Shown here in pieces: positions 57,502-64,000 of a stretch of DNA of 64,000 nt (the stretch's first letter is position 1; every line of letters begins with the position of its first letter). The position numbers were made by a program, and so were the translations under genes. Under the pieces are notes generated by a model. The model had not been told where the DNA came from and did not search any database. It saw only the letters and a list, made by a program, of their open reading frames with translations. The DNA is taken from the NCBI GenBank assembly GCA_951406725.2, contig OX597815.1:62310001-62374000 (forward strand), given 5' to 3'. Origin of the DNA: Octopus vulgaris (taxonomy: Eukaryota).

Positions 57502-60322
57502 CTAGCAGAGATACCCGGCATTGTCCGTTACATTCAATTGAAGAATTAGACTTTTCTGTTATATATATATGGATACACACACACACACACACAAAAAAAA
57601 GGGGGGGATCATGTATATACATCGTGGCTGTTGAGATTATAACAACTCGTTGTAAACAATGTTCCTTGTTTTTCCTTGTGGAGCATATACAGAAAGGTTT
57701 TTTTGGTTCCTACTCTTGAGCAGCCAACATACAGTTGCCCATGCAAGAAGTAGGGCTCTTCCAAGAGAAGACCAGCTACAGAGAGGGTTTGACCCTGAGA
57801 TTCGTTAATGGACATGGCAAAGCTGACACGAAGGGGGAATTGCAGTCTTCTGAATGTAAATGGAATTTCTTCTCCTGATGGAGTAAGAGGAATTCTTGGA
57901 ATAAAGACGTCATCACCTTTTCCACATCCAGAAAGAACGATCGCCTCGATAACGTGTGACTTCATTTTCTTTATCACCAGTCGTGTTCCATTGCAAAGTC
58001 TTGGTGGTTCCAGATTGCGAAGTAGCATTACAGGAGTTCCAACTTTAGGTGCCAATATGTGTGGGGGTAGTCCAGGAGGCTCCAGTGAATTGAGAAATTC
58101 AGGAGAATAGTTCACAACTTCCTTTATATCTGGAATTGTATCAACAGACTTGTAGTGCCGGGAAGAGAATGCATGAGCTATTGATTAATTTTGTTAACAG
58201 CGACGTTTTTTGGAGCTAATATTGCGCTTTCACACAGCCAATTGTGATTTTGGTAGTTTTGTGTGAAGGTGGGAAAGACTTTGTTTTTGAGGTCATCTAC
58301 AGAATTAACAACAGAGGAAAATGATCACACTTCCATTTATCCTGCAGCATTGAGAGGCATATTGCCTTCACCAAGTGTCAAAATGTCCCGTGCAAGCTTT
58401 GTGGACATTTTGTCGCCGTGTAGCTGAGCTCTCATGTTAGTGGTGAGACTGAGGATTGTAACATGATGCCACAGGGTAGAGGACTTTAGGCATGCTTGGA
58501 CTTCATCTGCTCTAGTGCCTTTCGGAATGACAGGAAGAGTTTGCCTGAAATCACCTGACAACAGAAGCGTTACACCTGCCATTGGAGCCTGACAGTCTCG
58601 GATGTCTTTCAGGGCTCTATCTAATGCTTCCAAAGCACCCCTGTGAGCCATAGTGGACTCATCCCAGACAATTAGATGACACATTTTAAGTACTTGTCCC
58701 TGATCTGAGCTTTTGTTGATGCTGCATGAAGGCATTTCGGATGCTGCTAAATTGAGAGGGAGTTTAAAAGTTGAGTGTGATGTCCTGCCACCGGGTAACA
58801 AAGTAGCTGCAATGCCAGAGGAGGCTACAGCTACTGCAATGTCCTGATGCTGCCTAACTTCTGCAAGGAGAAGCTTTGTAATGAAAGTTTTTCCTGTCCC
58901 TCCAGGAGCATCGAGGAAGAAGATTCGTCCCTCGCGTTGGCGTACACTGTTAAGAATAGTTCTGTAGGCCTGCAGCTGGTCGGGAAGGTATCAGTGGTGG
59001 TATAATGGTGTGGGTAGTTTAAATTGTCCGTACGCTATGAAGGTTAGAGGTGAAGTGGATGACAATATACTTCACTTGATAAGGTAGCATGCGGTAAATA
59101 TCTGTTACCATCATCCATTGTCCCGTAGTGAGAAGTAAATTTTATTTCCCTGTGTTGGGAATGAAATGAGAATGAGATGTAAGGAGACAATGTTTTTGAG
59201 ATTCCGGTTCGAATGTAAGGCAGGTTTGAAAGTGTTCCCAACAGTTATTAGTTGTAGTGGTAGAGTGTTTATGCCGAATATGTACGTATGCATGTATATA
59301 TATATGTATGTATGCCTGTATATATGTACAAAATCCACTGAGAAGGCTTTTGTTGGTCTGAGGCTACAGCAGAAGACACACGCCAAGTCACCACACAGTG
59401 GGACTGAACCCAGGACCATGTGTTTGGAACGTAGTTTGTTACCACACAGCCACACCGGCCCCTATGTATGTGTGTGTGTGTGCGTGTGCATATGTGTGTA
59501 TGGGTAGATATATTATGCATGTATATATGTATATATATATGTGTACATATTACATGTACATCTATATATATACATCTACACATAAAATACAAAATACAAA
59601 GTTATATCTTGATATCGCTAGTGATAACAATACTCAAAATATATAACAGACTGGAATTGTAGGTCCGTCTCTTGATCAATTGGATCTTGTCCTCCCTCTT
59701 GTATAGAAGTGTACGGCTGCAGCGAAATTCATTTTTGGACTTTCTTCTATCGAAGGCATTTTAACAAAAATGCTTCCGTAAAGACGGTGAAAATATTGTC
59801 AATTTCCCCAAACAGGGACACGATTCAATTTTTAAACAATAACCAAAGCCTCTTCTCCGAAAGGGGGAGGGTTATGGTTTACAATTATTTAAAAAATGCA
59901 ACACAACAACGTTTCCCTGACGAGGAACCAACAAATGTAATTGCAATAGTCAAACAGTAATAATAATAACAACAAACCTTTTTAATTTATCCCTATTTAT
60001 GTGAAACCACTTATTCAAGTTCAAGTCATTGATGCAATTTTATAGGAATTGCTAATACACGCACACACACATAATAAGGGTGGAAAATTGAATATTAATT
60101 TGATTAATATAAATTGAAAACCAGTGGTGTAGCATATAAGACCATAGCGGATCTTCTTCTAGCAAAATGGATGACCACTGTTAATGGTTCATCCCTGTTA
60201 AATAATACTTTCACTTTAATAGTTTCAGTATTAAAGTGAATGTCTGCATTACAATAGAGAGATGTTTTTGTTTCTCTTTTAACACGTAATACTGAAATAG
60301 TGGAGAAGATATGATATTGCTG
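57502..60322 (-). mobile_element. Helitron derivative carrying the Pif1 helicase part of RepHel
   Basis: CTAG 3' end at 57502; helicase remnant; upstream blocks shared with the adjacent Helitron; 5' boundary uncertain. Confidence 0.75.
57640..58985 (-). pseudogene. Helitron Pif1-family (SF1B) helicase, frameshifted
   Basis: FFLDAPGGTGKTF, ASSGIAATLL.GGRTSHS.FKLP, LIVWDE, GDFRQTLPV, VMLLRNL...LCNGTRL, QFPLR.SFAMSIN.SQGQTL, HGQLYV.CSRV. Confidence 0.95.
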
Positions 60323-60359
60323 AAATATATATATTTCTGTATGTGTAAAATAACAGTTT

Positions 60360-60828
60360 TAGAAAACTAGTGTGAACTAGACATGTCTTCAGTTTCTCTA
60401 AATGATAACTGTTCTCTGCAAAGAATGTTTTTTAAAAACACAAGAACGCCCGTGACAGTTGAAGAAATATTCCTCTGAAGAAATTATGGCCGGGCGAGTT
60501 GTCTTCCTTCGCTTGATAGTTAGGTTTTCCTATTTTGAAGTAAAAATTTCCGAAAATATGGACAACTCCCCACAGCTTCCGTCCTGAAGTTCAGGTAGCC
60601 CCCTGGCTCATGTGACTTCATAAGGATTATATATTTTTCTGCCATACACAATTTACTTAGTCTTGTTCCATTGCAATAGGGTCCACAAGTTTCTATTAAT
60701 TTCCACCTGATGCTAAAGGGCGTATGATCGTCCTTTAGGCGCCCTAGTATTCTGCGAGTGTTGTTGTGTTGCATCTCTTCGGGACCCTGAAAGAAGATCT
60801 GTGGCTTTTCAGGTGAATTTTAAATTTG
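60360..60828 (-). mobile_element. Penelope-like element 3' end (GIY-YIG C-terminus)
   Basis: FK.HL.SH.SSF...LK.....F.IRWK.I....PY.NG....KLC.AEK..IL......LN.R.E....C....KFLL (ORF 60520-60774). Confidence 0.75.
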
Positions 60829-61664
60829 GATATGTATTTGTGTGTCTGTGTTTGTTCCTCCACCATCGCTTGACAACTGATGTTGGTATGTTTATGTCCC
60901 CGTAACTTAGCGGATCGGCCAAAAACACCGATAGAATAAGTACTAAGCTTACAAAGATATTTTTGTAGGCTTAGTACTTATTCTATCAATCTTGGGTCAA
61001 TTTATTCGATAAAAAGGTGGTACTCCAGTTTGGCCGCAGTCAAATGACTGAAAAGGGTGAAAGATTATATATATGTATACATATGTGTGTCTGTGTATGG
61101 TGTGTGTGTGTATGTATACAAAAGACACACATGCATTTATAAGTACTCACATGCAAATGCACAGGTATTCATTAGTGACACATACACACACACTCACACG
61201 CACATATACACAATATCTAATACATACATTCATACCTACATATACTCACATCCACACAGATATTTTAATAAATTCACATATGTGCATATATGCATTCGCA
61301 TATTCATGCTCACATAAATACACTTGCATTCACAAACGCATATTTTTACATTACCAATCACACGCTCTCATCGAAACTTAATCACGCACCTACATATTCA
61401 CACACACGCACACACACTCACACACATACACACACACTCACACACACGCACAACCTCCACACTGTAACCTTACCTCTTGTTTTAACTCTCCATCTTCTTG
61501 TCTTCATATTCTTTCTCATCCCCATTCATAACTACTCCCTAGTTTTTCCCTCTGCGTTATTTTTCTATGATATATATATTTATAGCATTCTTCTTACTTC
61601 TCTCTTTCCTCATTCCCTCTTTCAGTATTTCAATCATTGCACTATTTCATTCATTCCTTTATTC

Positions 61665-62495
61665 TTTTAATTGTTTCATTCATTTGACTGTGGCCATGCT
61701 GGAGCACCAGCCTTTAGTCGAGCATATCGACCCCTAGTACTTATTCTATGGGTCTCTTTTGCCGAACCGCAAAGTTACGAGAACATAAGCATACCAGCAT
61801 CATCGGTTGTCAAGCGATGTTGGGGGCACAAACACAGACATATATATATATACATATACGACGGGCTTCTTTCAGTTTCCGTCCACCAAATCCACTCAAA
61901 AGGATTTGGTCTGCTCGAAGCTATAGTAGAAGACACTTGCCCAAGGTGCCACGCAGTGGGACTGAACCCGGAACCATGTGGTTGGGAAGAAGCTACTTAC
62001 AACACAGTCATTCCTGCGCCTATTCTTATTTCTTTACTGCCCACAAGGGGCTACACACGGAGAGGACAAACAAGGACAGACAAATGGATTAAGTCGATTA
62101 TATCGACTCCAGTGCGTAACTGGTACTTATTTAATCGACCCCGAAAGAATGAAAGGCAAAGTCGACCTCGGTGGAATTTGAAATCAGAACATAGTGGCAG
62201 ACGAAATACCTATTTCTTTACTACCCACAAGGGTCTAACACAGAGAGGACAAATAAGGACAGACAAACGGATTAAGTCGATTATATCGACCTCAGTGCGT
62301 AACTGGTACTTATTTAATCGACGCCGAAAGGATGAAAGGCAAAGTCGACCTCGGCGGAATTTGAACTCAGAACGTAACGGCAGACGAAATACCGCTAAGC
62401 ATTTCGCCCGGCGTGCTAACGTTTCTGCCAACTCCTGCGCCTATTCTTACCACACAACCATTCCTGCACTTATATCTAGCACACAGCCACTCTTA
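61665..62495 (-). mobile_element. SINE cluster: family A (61665-62021) and family C with tandem duplication (62027-62430)
   Basis: 62027-62210 is duplicated at 62211-62390; repeated family A head snippets at 62428-62493. Confidence 0.85.
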
Positions 62496-62588
62496 TAATT
62501 TCATTTTTAAAGTTTTGCTGGTTATATTATTTTCTCTTTGTCTTTCTTTCCTTTTCTCTCTCTATCCTTTCTAACTTGTCATTCATGT

Positions 62589-62632
<44 letters not shown>

Positions 62633-63711
62633 TTCTTACCACCAAACTTTTTCTTGCTTTCAACAAGCTTTCTTTCCTTCATTACTTTCTTGCTATCTGA
62701 TGTTTTCCTTCTTTCGTCTTTCCTTTTTCTCTGTCCACCAATCCATTTTTTTGGCTATCCATACATGCATACACTTTTTCATACATACATACATACATAC
62801 ATACATACATACATACATACATACATACATACATACATACATACATACATACATACATGCATGCATACACATGCTTAAAGGAGAATCTGGATAAACTGGG
62901 ATTTTATGAAAGAGAAATCGACCGGCAAATTCGTACATTACAGGTACAATCTGTGAGCGGAACTGTAAAAATATGCAAGACTTTTCTCAAGTTCCAAATG
63001 TGAATATGTCTGTGTTAACTACATCCCAAAGATTGAGCCTTGTATCTTTGTTGGAAACCGGCTCCCACCCCAGCTAAAGATTCATAATAATTAGAAAATA
63101 GAAGAGTCATACATACATACTGTACGTAGGTAATAAACACACACGCGCGCGCGCACGCGCACATACAGACATACGGACCCATAAACGTTCTTTTAATTAT
63201 TCTTTGATTCCTTTTGCTTATTTTATTATTATCATTCCATCTTTCATTCTGTTCAGTTTTGTTTCATTTCACCACATTTTGACATTGTTCTTTTCCCCTT
63301 TCTTCCCATTTTTTAATCTTCTCGTCTTTTCTTTCTTTCTTTTTCCTTTCTTTCTTTCTTTTTCCTTTCTTCCTTCCTTCCTTTCTTTCTTTCTTTCTTT
63401 CTTTCCTTCCGTCCTTCCTTATTTCCTTCTTTCTTTCTCTTTTCTTCCTTTTCACCTTCTAATTTTCCTTCTCTTTTTGTTTTCATAAATTTCTTGTTTT
63501 TATAAATTTTTGTTTTCATAAATTTTTACCTCCCTTTCCCTTCTTCCTCTTTTGAGCTTTTTTCATTATCTCCCTTCTTGAAATTTCCGTTTTGTTTCGT
63601 ACTTCATGCTTCTTCTCTTTTCTCCCCCTCTCTCTCTTCTACTATTCCTTCCTTTCTTCTAATCATTTAATTTTCCATTTTAAAAATTTCCTTTATTATT
63701 TAACCAAACAT

Positions 63712-63915
63712 GGCGGCAAACTTGTAAATAATTAGCACGCCGGACAAAATGCTTCGCGGTGTTTCGTCGGTCCTTACGATCTGAGTTTCAAATTATGTCG
63801 AGGCCGACTTTGCCTATCATCCATTTGGTGTCAATAAAATAAGTACCAGCTGAACACTGAGGTCTTGCTCTCTCCTCAAAATTACTGGCTTTGTGCCCCA
63901 AAGTGGAAGGGATTA
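63712..63915 (+). mobile_element. SINE family C, diverged
   Basis: GGCGGCAAAC...TTAGCACGCCGGACAAAATGCTT...GACTTTGCCTATCATCC...AATAAGTACCAG. Confidence 0.75.
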
Positions 63916-64000
63916 TTTAACGGAACCAACTCTATAAAATTATTTCAACCTCTCCATTTTTTTCTATATTTTTACCATCCTTCTCTTTTTGTTGCTTTTC

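Overview
AT-rich eukaryotic DNA saturated with microsatellites and nested, mostly decayed transposable elements. The SINE families and repeat landscape suggest a coleoid cephalopod (Octopus-like; inference). I could support no host exon; nearly all supplied ORFs are microsatellite artefacts. Recognisable elements: an RTE LINE (21.3-24.0 kb), a Ty3/Gypsy element (34.1-38.4 kb, minus), R4/Dong-type RLE LINE pieces in (TAA)n, three Penelope-like element (PLE) remnants with GIY-YIG motifs, about seven Helitron-type elements (one with a Pif1 helicase), Tc1, Tigger and hAT-MITE remnants, and three tRNA-derived SINE families. The most interesting signal is a set of hammerhead ribozyme (HHR) motifs at 1816, 16439, 31921, 40813 and 47492. 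The first has a variant CCGAAGA core, a palindromic stem III and a ~90-nt structured stem-II insertion, inside a small non-coding fold-back element. There are also several long near-perfect hairpins. All calls were made by eye; boundaries are approximate and ribozyme activity is untested.
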